A DNA stretch of 63,595 nt, counting the filler, from Octopus bimaculoides (lineage: Eukaryota), in the NCBI RefSeq assembly GCF_001194135.2. It is 7 parts of 7 records of this genome, joined end to end, with 100 filler letters (N's around TTAATTAATTAA, not from the genome) between each part and the next. Parts side by side here need not be neighbours in the genome. Positions count along the whole stretch, not along the records: positions 13,548 to 31,565 come from NC_068996.1; positions 31,666 to 45,387 come from NC_069010.1; 5 more parts are not named here. One strand, given 5' to 3'. The number at the start of each line of letters is the position of its first letter. The first letter of the stretch is position 1. The position numbers and the translations under genes were made by a program. Under the pieces are notes generated by a model. The model made no database searches, was not told the DNA's origin, and saw only the letters and a program-made list of their open reading frames with translations. This document shows positions 25,671-38,329 of the stretch, piece after piece.

Positions 25671-28600
25671 TGCACATATATGTATGTATGTATGTATGAC
25701 CGCAGTCAAATGACTGAAACAAAATAAAAGTATATATATATATATATATAGCAATAACAACAAAGCGGACATCAGATATCAGCCTAAACGAAAATGTTTA
25801 CGTGAACTTACATTAAACTTCATAAAGTTCCAATTAGACGATTTCTTCAGTGATAATGGAATAATAGAAATAATCATTTAAGAGNNNNNNNNNNNNNNNN
25901 NNNNNNNNNNNNNNNNNNNNNNNNNNNNNNNNNNNNNNNNNNNNNNNNNNNNNNNNNNNNNNNNNNNNNNNNNNNNNNNNNNNNNNNNNNNNNNNNNNNN
26001 NNNNNNNNNNNNNNNNNNNNNNNNNNNNNNNNNNNNNNNNNNNNNNNNNNNNNNNNNNNNNNNNNNNNNNNNNNNNNNNNNNNNNNNNNNNNNNNNNNNN
26101 NNNNNNNNNNNNNNNNNNNNNNNNNNNNNNNNNNNNNNNNNNNNNNNNNNNNNNNNNNNNNNNNNNNNNNNNNNNNNNNNNNNNNNNNNNNNNNNNNNNN
26201 NNNNNNNNNNNNNNNNNNNNNNNNNNNNNNNNNNNNNNNNNNNNNNNNNNNNNNNNNNNNNNNNNNNNNNNNNNNNNNNNNNNNNNNNNNNNNNNNNNNN
26301 NNNNNNNNNNNNNNNNNNNNNNNNNNNNNNNNNNNNNNNNNNNNNNNNNNNNNNNNNNNNNNNNNNNNNNNNNNNNNNNNNNNNNNNNNNNNNNNNNNNN
26401 NNNNNNNNNNNNNNNNNNNNNNNNNNNNNNNNNNNNNNNNNNNNNNNNNNNNNNNNNNNNNNNNNNNNNNNNNNNNNNNNNNNNNNNNNNNNNNNNNNNN
26501 NNNNNNNNNNNNNNNNNNNNNNNNNNNNNNNNNNCTCACCTTTCTCTGCAATAATATATCCAGAACAATTGTGTCTTGTGAATGTCCTTTGAAGCCATTT
26601 AGTTCTCAATTCAAAAGAGAATACATTCCGTCCCGGTAGTTGTGTCCAGGTCACCTGGTGACATTAATAGCAACATTAGATAGTTATGTTTCACACGCAA
26701 ATGCTGTGCTCAATTTAAGAGATAATGATATTAGAACAGGCAATTTCTGTGCTGTTTCGTCGATGTCATTACGCTATTATACGTAAATAGTAGACATATA
26801 TCCTGTCTGATTTCTTTGTAATTATCAGAATTCAAATCAACCAAGTATTGTTTACTTCCCAAAGCTCAACAGTTCAAATGCATTTCTGTTTTTAATATCT
26901 ACCTACCTCTGTCGACTAAATTATTCAAATGCAAACGTTTATCTGTGTTTAAATTTGCTGTATTCACATAAATCTATAAGAAATTGCTAGAATGTGAATG
27001 CTTTCCTAGTATTTTAATGGTAATTACAACTAATGGTCTAAATAAATATAATTAAGGCTTTTTTTATGAGGCCATCTCAAAGATAATAAGAAAACGAAAT
27101 AAAGTTTGTGTGTTGATACAAATTTTTCTATATCGCAGAAAGGGAAAATTTGTAAAAGTGTCTTTCTGAAAAGCAAACAGCAAATGCAGAAAACAATGAG
27201 ACTACATAATAGTATCATTAAATGAACTAAAGCCTAAATTAGTGCCACTTAGTTCAAAGAACATGATTAACTTTTTTGCAAGGTATGAATTCGAATCGGA
27301 TGTTTAGTGAATCAACCGTCAAACTATTGAAATTGTTATTCCAAATTTATTTCCAAGTTTTACAGTTGAATATATATTATGTGATAAAGTTTCAATTAAC
27401 AAATAATGCATTTTTGTTGCTTTACACTAAAACTTATTCAATTTGTAATTAAAATATTTGAAGAGACCAGGTTAGTTTGCACTTTGTTTTTGTTGTTTTT
27501 GTTACCTGTTTTTCTGTGCAAGTAATATTTTATAATCCTTCAGTAATCAATATTTCTTATAAGGATAATATTAATTACTTTAAAAAAGTCATTTTTATAA
27601 ATATATTGCTCTATAATTTAATTTTCGACTGATGTATATATTTTTATCATTGTCTGCTTTACCAAAAACACCATATGAAAATTTTTTATTTCACCGATGA
27701 TTTCGGATACCAGTAAAAACCATTCTCTTTCTCTGTCTCTCTCCCCTCTCTCNNNNNNNNNNCTCTCTTTCTTAATTATTTTTGATCAGATTACCCTTCT
27801 GGCTTTTCCCAGCTTTAATCATATTTTTTTCCAATTGATCATTGAAAAGACGAAGTTATATATGTTATGAGAGCAGAAAGATGAAAATGCCGCTGAAATC
27901 AACTTTACCTTTCAGCCTTTCGGGGTCGATAAATAAAGCACCGGTCTTGGTTTCTTCCGTTTCTCTGTTTCTTTTGCCTGTTTGTCTTTCACTGTTCTGT
28001 AAGAAATCGGTTGGAGAAGGACAGGCTCAAACAAGTATAAATTGCCCAAGATACGCTGTCACCACGCTGTCACCTACGGCTCCATCAAAAAGTAAGGGGC
28101 CCATAGCACGTATGTGTATGTGTGTAGGGTGAGTATGTGTACATGCGTCCATACGTGAGTGTGTATGTATGAATGTGTATGCGCATGTGTATGTTTCTGT
28201 ACGTGTATATATGGTGACAGCCGACAAACTATTATGACTACCCTTTTGCGCTCCCATCCATTAACCCTTCACGAGGACAAACGCTAAATGTGGCAACACC
28301 AACACTTCATTCCTGTCTACTGCATGAGTGATGAGATAATCACGGCTACTCACTTACAAGCAACGTAACTACGGAATGGAGGATAACTTTTTCCAAGTGC
28401 ATATGAAAATACCCCACCAGGTGCAATTGAAGTCCCACCGTTTGTTTATGGTTCCAAAAAGATCGAATTTTGACTTGCATCTGAAGAATTAATTGGAAGC
28501 AAAGAGGTGTCATTAAATCAAATTTTTGTAACGATAAACTTTTGTGTAATATGAAATATTTCAAGCTGTTAAACAAGTACCAAGCAAAAGTAAAAAAACT

Positions 28601-28761
28601 AGAGACTATAATCGTCGCATGTTTCAAATGAAAGAATATTTCTCTTGCGCGTATTTATAATTGTGTAACTGCACATGCAAACACAAATACATGATTAATC
28701 GCTGACCAAACACCATTCAATTTTTTTTTCTCCGTGTTTTTCTCCTTGTTTTTCTCCTTAT

Positions 28762-28798
28762 TCTTTCTGTTGAAGAGCGTAGCTCGAAACGTTAAAGA
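28762..28798 (+). ncRNA. Variant minimal hammerhead-like motif within a PLE-terminal-like repeat (about 28740-28915)
   Basis: Stem I TCTTT/AAAGA, core CTGTTGA+A, stem II GAGC/GCTC, GAAAC-GTT; A6 position is U. Confidence 0.5.
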
Positions 28799-29000
28799 CT
28801 TTCTGTATTCCCGAGCGTCAAACTAATACATCCTTTTGTTGTTTACACCACCTGTCCTCGTCTGTTGTTGCTTTTTTTTCGTACATTCTCCCATATACAT
28901 ATATATATATATACACTTATATGCACACATGAGTTCATGCAAACACACACACACACACACGTGCAACACGTGTGTGTATGTGTGTGCGTGTGTGTGTATA

Positions 29001-29620
29001 CGTGATTAATATCTGATCAATAAGTATCCGGACTGTTGCCATAGTAACGAAGCTAAAGTACGCAGAGTAAAGCTGCTTGGCAAAGATTGACCTTGAACTC
29101 TGCTGTGCAAGCGAACTAAGTTTTAACGTTCTAGCTCACTTCTGTTGCTTACATCAGTGCTTGGAAGGAAGTTGTGTAGCGTGTGATCGTCGCATTGACA
29201 ATGACAGAAAGTTGTCATGGCGATACCTGCTCAGAGGCCTACGCAAAGTTGCAAAGAGTGTAAGGAGAGAAGTGCATGAGCTACATACAAGTGTACAAGT
29301 GATTCGGACGTTTCCAAGATGGCTGAAAAAATGTCGATAGTGACAAACGTTCTGGGAGAAAAAACATCACATATATGCATGCAACTGTGAGGGGAAATCA
29401 TCGGTTCACCATCCGCGAGTTATCAGAGGATGTGCAGATTAGTTACGGTTCAGTTCAGTCCGTTTTCACTGAAAATTTGAGTATGAGACGCGTGTCTGCC
29501 AAGTTTGTGCCAAAACTGCTTTCAGCTAACCAAAAAGACACTCGGGATTCAGTTGCACAAGATCTCCTTGATTGCATCGAGAACGATGAAAAGTTTTTGA
29601 AAACTTTGCATAGGCCTCGG
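29001..29620 (+). mobile_element. Mariner transposon, 5' part (terminus and HTH region)
   Basis: TA|CGTG...CTGATCAATAAGTATCCGGACT terminus; RFTIRELSEDVQISYGSVQSVFTENLSMRRVSAKFVPKLL; catalytic domain absent. Confidence 0.85.
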
Positions 29621-29879
29621 AGAAATACACCATCATTTGCAAACATGAGTTAAGTCACCTTCTAGCGACGGTGTAAACAGAGAGAGAGGGGGGAGGGAGA
29701 GAGATAACAGATTTTTTAAATTTCGGCTTTTTAGTGTGTGATTGACAGACAAAAACAGACAGACAGGAATTGTTATGTGAATGGCTTCAATCACACACAC
29801 ACACGAACATGTATGCGTACAAAACACATGTATACAATAGGTGAACGTACGTATGTGTGTGTGCGCGTGTGTGTGTGTT

Positions 29880-31565
29880 GCCCAGTCTGTTGTTACCATT
29901 TCCTCAGATCTTCCCCTCTCTGAAGCGGAGCGCTCCAACCTCAGTAAGGGTCTGCGTTTCATCCCCCTCACTCCATCCTGCAACGAATTTTGTGCCGTGT
30001 TAGGTTGTGTGCGCTTTTCTGCGAGACTCCACCCGCATCTAACGAAGAGGACTGCTTCACCGACCTGAGCCGCCGACCATCGCAGTGGATGTCTGCTACT
30101 GGCCAGTTCCAAGTAGTTGATCCTTTTGCGGGCGCCTGCCAGCGCGCTGTGGACCGGTTTAACTTTTCCAGGCGTCCCTGTCGCCTAAGCATCTCCCCAG
30201 CCGAATTCTCGGCCCTTCGATTTCTCCGACGCCGCACTGACATCATTATAAAACCGGCCGATAAGGGTGGAGCCGTGGTGGTAAGGGGCGCGGACCTCTA
30301 CAAGGCCGAAGCTCTCCGCTAACTTCAAGACACCTCCTTCTACTGCCCTCTTCCCTCTGACCCCACGCCCAGCTANNNNNNNNNNNNNNNNNNNNNNNNN
30401 NNNNNNNNNNNNNNNNNNNNNNNNNNNNNNNNNNNNNNNNNNNNNNNNNNNNNNNNNNNNNNNNNNNNNNNNNNNNNNNNNNNNNNNNNNNNNNNNNNNN
30501 NNNNNNNNNNNNNNNNNNNNNNNNNNNNNNNNNNNNNNNNNNNNNNNNNNNNNNNNNNNNNNNNNNNNNNNNNNNNNNNNNNNNNNNNNNNNNNNNNNNN
30601 NNNNNNNNATTTACTTCCTCCCCAAAATCCACAAACCTAACAACCCTGGCCGCCCCATTGTCTCCACCTGCAACTGCCCCACCGAGTTTATCTCCAAATA
30701 TCTTGACCGTATTCTTGCCCCCTTAGTGGCTTCTCTCCCTTCTCACATCCATGACACCAACCACGCGCTTCGCTTGTTCAACTCTTTCTCATTCCCTCCT
30801 GGCCCCTCTAAACTTCTCTTCACTCTCAACATCCAGAGCCTCTACACGGTGATCTTTCACCACGAGGGGCTGCGTGCACCTAAACATTTCCTTGACCTCT
30901 GACCCAACCCCCAACCCGACACCACACGCGTTCATCTGGCCAAATTTGTCCTTTCACTCAACTGCTTCTCGTTCGCAGGCGATTTCTACCAGCAGTTCTC
31001 GGGAGTGGCCATAGGAACGAGAATGGGACCCAACTATGCGAACTTGTTCGTTGGCTATGTTGAGGCCCGAGTATTCACAAGTCTCACTGGTCCCACTCCC
31101 GAACTATATGACCGTTATATTGACGACTGTATCGGTACCACCTCACTCTCCCGCGAACATCTAGACTACTTCCTCTCTTTTGTCAAATCTTTCTATCTTG
31201 CCCTCCACTTCTCCTGCACTACCTCTGACACCTCTGTCTCCTTTCTTGACATTTCGGTCAGCATTTATTACTCCACTCTTACCACCGCCATCCACTACAA
31301 ACACACAGACTCACACTCTTACCTCAACTTCTACTCCTCCCACCCTAAACACACCAAGCTTTCCATTCCCTATTCCCAATTCCTCTGTCTACGCAAGCTC
31401 TGTAGTGACGATCATGACTTTGAGACTCAGTCTCAACTCATGGCTCGCCATTTCATCCTACGTGGATATGCCCTCACCACTATCCACACCGCCCTTGCCA
31501 GAGCACGTTCCGTGGACCGTGCATCTGCTCCGTTCTCCCGAACCCGCCCTTCCCCCTCCCCCTCC
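29880..31565 (+). pseudogene. Penelope-like element RT region (internal gap, cut by linker)
   Basis: IIKPADKGGAVVV, YFLPKIHKPNNPGRPIVS, GVAIGTRMGPNYANLFVG, LYDRYIDD, YKHTDSHSYL..SSHP. Confidence 0.92.
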
Positions 31566-31665
31566 NNNNNNNNNNNNNNNNNNNNNNNNNNNNNNNNNNN
31601 NNNNNNNNNTTAATTAATTAANNNNNNNNNNNNNNNNNNNNNNNNNNNNNNNNNNNNNNNNNNNN
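31566..31665. other. Artificial scaffold linker N44-TTAATTAATTAA-N44
   Basis: Identical 100-bp structure. Confidence 0.95.
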
Positions 31666-31761
31666 ATATATATATATATATATGCATATTTATATATATG
31701 TATGTATATATGTATATATATATATACATATATATATATATACACATATATATATACATAT

Positions 31762-31794
<33 letters not shown>

Positions 31795-32186
31795 TACATA
31801 TATATATATACATACATATATATATATACATACATATATATATGTTATATATATATATGTATACATAAAACATTAGGTTTTCAACACACTGTTACACTTG
31901 TACTTCAAAATATTATATTTATAACTGTAATATAGTCTTTTCCGTTGTCTGTTTTATGGCTCGCACACACACACACACACACATATATATCCATATGTGT
32001 GTGTGTGTGTGCATGTGTGTGTGCGCATGCGTGTTGGGCGCTTGTGTGCTTTCTGTATGTTCCCATGTTTACTTTTCACTAATTGTTTGCGATTTCACTG
32101 CAATATATTTGTGTTGGCGTATGAACCGACGCTACTCTGAACCAACTGAAATGCATAGGGACTGAGCCTGTGTCTCTCTATACCTC

Positions 32187-32932
32187 TTCTACTCGTTTAC
32201 TTGTTTCAGTCATTTGACTGTAGCCATGCTGGAGCACCACCCTTCAGTCAAAGAAATCAACCCCGGGACTTATTACTGTATCTGTTGCTTCTGTTGTGGG
32301 TGCTTTTTGCATGGCACCGGCACAGGGGCTAGAGGACACTGGCATCGACCATGATCGGATGGCATTTTTTATGAGCCACCAGCACAGAAGCCAGTTAAGG
32401 CAGTTCTGGCATTGGCCATGTTTGGATGGCATTTTTTATGAGCCACCANNNNNNNNNNAGGCAGTTCTGGCATTGGCCATGTTTGGATGGCATTTTTTAT
32501 GAGCCACCAGCACAGAAGCCAGTTAAGGCAGTTCTCGCATTGGCCATGTTCGGATGGTGCTTTTTATGCTTCAGTCAATTCACTGTGGCCATTCTGGGGC
32601 ACTGCATAAAAGGGTTTTTTTTAGTTGAAGAAATCAACCCCCAGGACTTATGTTTTGTTAGCCTAGTACTTATTCTATAGGTCTATTTCGCTGAACCACT
32701 AAGTTACAGGGATGTCAAGCGATGGTGGTGGGGGACAAGCACAGACAAAGACACACACACACACACACACATGATAGGCTTCTTTCAGTTTCCATCCATC
32801 AAATCCACTCACAAGGCTTTGGTCAGCCTGAGGCTATAGTAGAAGACACTTGCCTAAGGTGCCAAGCAGTGGGACTGAACCCAGAACCATGTGGTTGGTA
32901 AGCAAGCTTCTTACCACACAGCCACTCCTGCA
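32187..32932 (-). mobile_element. SINE family A copy containing an inserted 67-bp tandem block related to RTE 3' UTR repeats
   Basis: SINE head at about 32932 and tail at about 32190; 32290-32610 holds repeats of GGCATTTTTTATGAGCCACCAGCACAGAAGCCAGTTAAGGCAGTTCTGGCATTGGCCATGTTTGGAT, similar to 40200-40360. Confidence 0.7.
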
Positions 32933-33414
32933 CCTTATGATATGTATAAATATTTATTTTATATAAATATATATGTATATGTGTGCATATACATATAGAT
33001 ATATATATAGGTAATATATATATGTGTGTATATATATGTGTGTATATATATGTGTGTGTGTGTGTATATATATATTAGATGTTTATCTTTCCACCAGATG
33101 TAAAGTTATAGTCCTGTCAGACATGATGAAGATGCAATAGAATCACCCATACACACACATTATATATATATATATATGTATATAATATATATAATATATA
33201 TATATATTGTATCATATACATTATATATATGTGTGTATCAAACAAATAAAACTACAAGAAAATAAAAAAAGCAAAAAAAAAAAAAACTGAAACAAAGGGT
33301 GGATATAAGGGGTGGGGTTGGTGACGTGGTGGGGGAAGGGACGAGGGTTGGGTACATGCAAAAAAAACAACAAATGAATAAAAGAACCACTAACAGGACT
33401 ATCCGCACCCTACC

Positions 33415-33446
<32 letters not shown>

Positions 33447-33809
33447 CAGTAAGGCTAATTATTTTGTTTCCCATTTGGCAACAGGCCAGGTTTTTGATGA
33501 AGGAGAGGAGCAGGAGGAGGGCACNNNNNNNNNNNNNNNNNNNNNNNNNNNNNNNNNNNNNNNNNNNNNNNNNNNNNNNNNNNNNNNNNNNNNNNNNNNN
33601 NNNNNNNNNNNNNNNNNNNNNNNNNNNNNNNNNNNNNNNNNNNNNNNNNNNNNNNNNNNNNNNNNNNNNNNNNNNNNNNNNNNNNNNATATATATATATA
33701 TATACATATATATATATGGGAGAATTTACGAAAAAAACAACAACAGACGAGAACAGGTGGTGTAAACAACAAAAGGATGTATTAGTTTAACGCTCGGGAA
33801 TAGAGAAAG

Positions 33810-33846
33810 TCTTTAACGTTTCGAGCCTACGCTCTTCAACAGAAAG
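33810..33846 (-). ncRNA. Variant minimal hammerhead-like motif (same family as 28762)
   Basis: Minus strand CTTT CTGTTGAA GAGC GTAG GCTC GAAAC GTT AAAG. Confidence 0.5.
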
Positions 33847-34618
33847 GAACACAGAAAAAAAACAAGGAGAAAGAAAATATAAATGTAGTGGTCAGCGATC
33901 TATCATATATATATATTTATATATACCATATATATATATATATATCATAATAATATTAGGGAAAATATTCCAAATTTACAGGGAAAAATTCAATCTAATT
34001 TATCAAAATTAAATTAAATTTCACAATATATAATATATAAATATATAATTTAGAGAAAAAAACCACAATTATTGAATTCATCCATGAAAATCCAGAATCA
34101 CATATAGAAAAATTTAATAAGTGAATACACTAAAAAGACCTATAATAAAAATTTAAAAAAATACAAAATAATAATATTAAAATGTTTTACTATTTTACTA
34201 TTTTAATATTTATTACTTTGTACTTTTTTTTTCTCTCAATATTACAATACTTCAAGCCAACTACAACCCTATTATATATATTTTTCCCCATCAATATCCA
34301 ATCCGACACATGTTTCTGCTGGAAAAGTGTCTCATTGCCCTTTGCTGTAGCAGTTTTGTGCATTTAGATGACTTTTATTAGATTAATTACAACTCATTTA
34401 AATCTAAAGATGGACAATACAGTGCGGCTTTATTCAACGTTATTCGTACGGTTGGGTGAAGCATCACTCATCCGTATGGATAACATACTATTCAACTGGG
34501 GTCGATTTGTTCAACTAAAAACCTTCATAGCGGTGCCCCAGCATGGCCGCTGCCCAAAGCATGAAACTCAAGAGGCAGAAAAAATAAATAAATAAATAAA
34601 ATAACAACAAAAACATCA

Positions 34619-34637
34619 CCGGAATGGTGTGACGTCA
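34619..34637 (+). promoter_or_regulatory. Candidate NKIRAS promoter motifs: ETS-type CCGGAA and palindromic CRE TGACGTCA
   Basis: CCGGAA at 34619-34624 and TGACGTCA at 34630-34637 in non-repetitive sequence about 1 kb upstream of the ATG exon; function inferred. Confidence 0.4.
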
Positions 34638-35610
34638 TAGATAAGAGGAGCTAACTCTCAGTCGATCTTCAGTGTTTGAAATCAAAAACCGTTTACGTGA
34701 TTGTGAAATAAACATTGCAAGACGACGAAGAAGGTGGACTTCGTTATTAAACACCATTCCTTGTGTCTCTCTGTGAGATCCTTTTATTTATTGAAAGATC
34801 CTGGAAGCCCGACGTTGAACATCTTTTAATATGGTTCAACACGTAATGTAAGGATTTGCTAACACGTCTTATTTATTGTAATTCATGTTTAAATGTCTAC
34901 ATACATGTATAACTACAGTTTAGGGTCTCACGATCAGCATCATCGACTTTATTGCCTCATAACTGTGTGATAAATTCATGTTTTTAAATGAGATTTTTGC
35001 AGAGATACGCTTTCAAGGGTGTAGATTACAATTACGCTGATAAAAAATTTTTAAATTCTTGACAAATTTGTCGAATATAAACTTGTTACCAATGACCTCC
35101 GGTAGCAGACGGAAGGAACCATCTTAGAGAAACATGCTAAAATATTTACTGAAATTTATTAATAAGTCAGCATTTTACATAACCGACATCTAAAATTAAC
35201 CAAACTTAGTTCATTACAGTTTTATGGTATATTTTAGAGATGAGAAAGGAAACACACGTAAGAATTTATGTAGATATTCAGGAATTTCGTCTAGCCTATG
35301 ATTGATCAAAACGAATCCAAGCTGACTTCATTACAATTTTATAATCTATTTAATAAACAATAAAATATCTTAATTTAAAGATTTTGTAGGCATTTCTCAC
35401 ATGAATAAACAAACCTGTAGTTAGTAAAACTAATTTAATTACTGTTTAATTACAGCTGATGTTTTATGTTGTTGGCACTCCGTCGCCTATATGTGTGTGT
35501 ATGTGATATCTTCTTAATGACTGTGATATCCTTCTTTGTATACTCTCATAGGTGAACAACTGATACCAATTGGGCTGCTATTGGATAGATTGTGCTGTTG
35601 ATGATAAAGA

Positions 35611-35709
35611 ATGGGGAAAACCAGCAAGATACTCGTCTGTGGTCAGAGCAGCGTCGGCAAAACGGCTGTGATCGAACACATGGTGTATGGCAACCATGTG
35701 GTTGGAACC
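35611..35709 (+). CDS. NKIRAS: kappaB-Ras coding exon 1 ([33 protein letters not shown])
   Basis: P-loop and N-terminus match kappaB-Ras; GTAAGT donor at 35710; upstream acceptor at 35551 implies a 5' UTR exon. Confidence 0.93.
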
Positions 35710-35769
35710 GTAAGTTGACAATATTTTATGTGTGCGTGTGTTCACGTGTGTGTGTGTGTTCACGTGTGT

Positions 35770-36470
35770 TATGGTTGTGTTGTTTGGCTCCAGGTCAGTA
35801 CTGATCCATCAGACATAGTGTATCTAGGACTACATCATCTAATGTGTTGTTCTTTAGCCATGGATCAATCCTGATTCAGCAGACCAATGATTAAAGATGT
35901 TCCATCTGTGACTATCCTGTCATGTACNNNNNNNNNNNNNNATCAGACATAGTGTATCTAGGACTACATCATCTAATGTGTTGTTCTTTAGCCATGGATC
36001 AATCCTGATTCAGCAGACCAATGATTAAAGATGTTCCATCTGTGACTATCCTGTCATGTACTCAGACACAGTGTATCTAGGACTACATCATCTAATGTGT
36101 CCTTCTTCATTGTTGTTGTTTAGCCCCAGGCCAGTCGTGATCCAGTAGACCTATGATCAACAATGTTCCAACTGTGACTATCCTGTCATGTATTCAGACA
36201 TAGTGTATCTAGGACTACATCATCTAATGTGTTGTTCTTTAGCCATGGATCAATCCTGATTCAGCAGACCAATGATTAAAGATGTTCCATCTGTGACTAT
36301 CCTGTCATGTATTCAGACACAGTGTATCTAGGACTACATCATCTAATGTGTCCTTCATTGTTGTTGTTTAGCCCCAGGCCAGTCGTGATCCAGGCAGACC
36401 TATGATCAACAATGTTCCATCTGTTACTATCCTGTCATATATTCAGACGTAGTATATCTAGGACTACATT
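35770..36470 (+). repeat. Tandem array of about 118/132-bp units (A-B alternation) in the NKIRAS intron
   Basis: Repeated CAGACAYAGTGTATCTAGGACTACATCATCTAATGTG...GATGTTCCATCTGTGACTATCCTGTCATGTA. Confidence 0.9.
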
Positions 36471-36477
36471 ATCTAAC

Positions 36478-36728
36478 GGGCAAACTACTGCTAAGCATTT
36501 TGTCCGGTGTTCTAATGGTTCTGCGAGCTTGCTGCCTAATAATAATAATCTCCTTTCCACTAAAGGGCAGTAGGCCTGAAATTTTGGTGGGAGGGGTTAG
36601 TTTATTATATTGACCCCAGTGCTTGATTGGTACTTATTTTCATCGACCCCCGAAAGGATGAAAGGCTAAGTCAACCCCGTTAAGCATTTCGCCCGGTGTG
36701 CTAATGATTCTGCCAGTTTGCGGCTTTA
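36478..36728 (-). mobile_element. SINE family B (one copy plus a head fragment)
   Basis: GGTACTTATTTTCATCGACCCCCGAAAGGATGAAAGGCTAAGTCAACC core; head TAAGCATTTCGCCCGGTGTGCTAATGATTCTGCCAG. Confidence 0.75.
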
Positions 36729-36801
36729 CTTGATAGTAATGATAATGATAATAATAATAATAATGATAATAATGATGATGATTTTGATTTTGCTTGCACA
36801 G

Positions 36802-36897
36802 CCGACGATGCCGACAATTGAAGATATTTACACGGCCGTCATCGAAACTGATCGAGGAGTCAAAGAAAAAGTCCGCATTTTTGACACAGCTGGTTTG
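36802..36897 (+). CDS. NKIRAS: kappaB-Ras coding exon 2 (PTMPTIEDIYTAVIETDRGVKEKVRIFDTAGL)
   Basis: ETDRGVKE and DTAGL are diagnostic of kappaB-Ras; AG/GT boundaries, phase 0-0. Confidence 0.95.
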
Positions 36898-36964
36898 GTA
36901 TGTTGCGTTTGGTTCTTTGAACTTTCTACCTTACATTTGTCTGTGAGCATGTACACACACACAC

Positions 36965-37530
36965 ACACCATCATCATCATCACCTGTTTTCCATCCCGGC
37001 ATGAGCTAGTCGGTGTAACTGGAGCTGGTGAGCCAGAGAGCTGCTCTAGTCATGAGTTTTGGCATCAGTTTTATAGCTGGACGTCCTTCCTAATGCCAAC
37101 CACTTTACAGAATGTATTGGGTAGTTTGTACGTGTCACCAGGACAGATACCCTTCACATGTCACTGGCACGAGTGCCCTTTATGTAAAACCGGCACAGGT
37201 GCCCTTTACATGTCACCAATACAGTTACCTTTCATGTGTCACTGGCACAAGTGCCTTTTGTGTGTCACTGGCAATGACCATGATTCACTTATTTTGATGT
37301 GACTTCTTAAATCGCCACATCTCCCGGTCCCTTGTCATTTCCTCAGTTAAGGCCCAACATCCAAAGTTCCTTTCTCACCACTTCATCCCACATCTTCCCG
37401 TGCCTACCCCTTTCACAGGTTTCCCCCACAGTGAGAGATCAACACTTTTTCACACTGCTGTCCTCATCTACATACATCACATGACCAATGTGATGCATGT
37501 GGATGCAGCGCAGTCCTCTCTCTTTGCATA
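36965..37530 (-). mobile_element. RTE-type LINE 3' fragment
   Basis: Reverse complement of the 38330-38950 type (GGKGHGKMWDEVVRKEL-like C-terminus), (GAT)n tail. Confidence 0.7.
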
Positions 37531-37621
37531 CAACATCTGATGCTTCTTATGCCTAGTTTTTCTCTTAAAACATGTTCGGACACTTGTATAGTTTATACCA
37601 GTGTTTCTCAGCCTTTTTACC

Positions 37622-37838
37622 CTTACTCTCTCTTTTACTCTTTCACTTGTTTCAGTCTTTTGACTGCGGCCATGCTGGAGCACCGCCTTACTCGAGAAAA
37701 TCGACCCCAGGACTTATTCTTTGTAAGCCTAGTACTTATTCTATCGGCCTCTTTTTGCCGAACCGCTAAGTTACGGAGACGTAAACACACCAGCATCGGT
37801 TGTCAAGCGATGGTGGGGGGACAAGCACAGACACACAA

Positions 37839-37911
<73 letters not shown>

Positions 37912-38074
37912 TACGACGGGCTTCTTTCAGTTTCTGTCCACCAAATCCACTCACAAGGCTTTGGTCGGCCCGAGGCTATAGTAGAAGACACTTGCCCAAG
38001 GTGCCACGCAGTGGGACTGAACCCGGAACCATGTGGTTGGTAAGTAAGCTACTTACCACACAGCCACTCCTGCG
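37622..38074 (-). mobile_element. Full-length SINE family A with internal (TA)n
   Basis: Near-identical to 1462-1888. Confidence 0.88.
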
Positions 38075-38242
38075 CCTTGCATAACCCTTAAAATAAATTG
38101 CATGTCTCGAAGAACCCCCTGCACCAAAAAATTATATACCGTATCTTTTTCATATTTTTTTCATCGTAGTTCCCTGAAAACATATCTAAAAATGTTCGTT
38201 AAACATGTGATGTGATTGTTCCGTTTTCCGTTTCTCTTGAAG

Positions 38243-38290
38243 GATGGAAGCAAACCAGATCTCCCAAAACAATATCTCAACTTTCCTGAT
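38243..38290 (+). CDS. NKIRAS: kappaB-Ras coding exon 3 (DGSKPDLPKQYLNFPD)
   Basis: Matches ELPKHYFSFAD of kappaB-Ras; AG/GTAAGT boundaries, phase 0-0. Confidence 0.9.
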
Positions 38291-38329
38291 GTAAGTATTT
38301 ATTTGGTCTTTATCTCTTCTTGTTGTTGT

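Noticed and set aside
35770-36470. Tandem arrays as CRISPR-like loci (also 44590-45387)
   Set aside because: Whole units repeat without unique spacers; eukaryotic context with no cas genes
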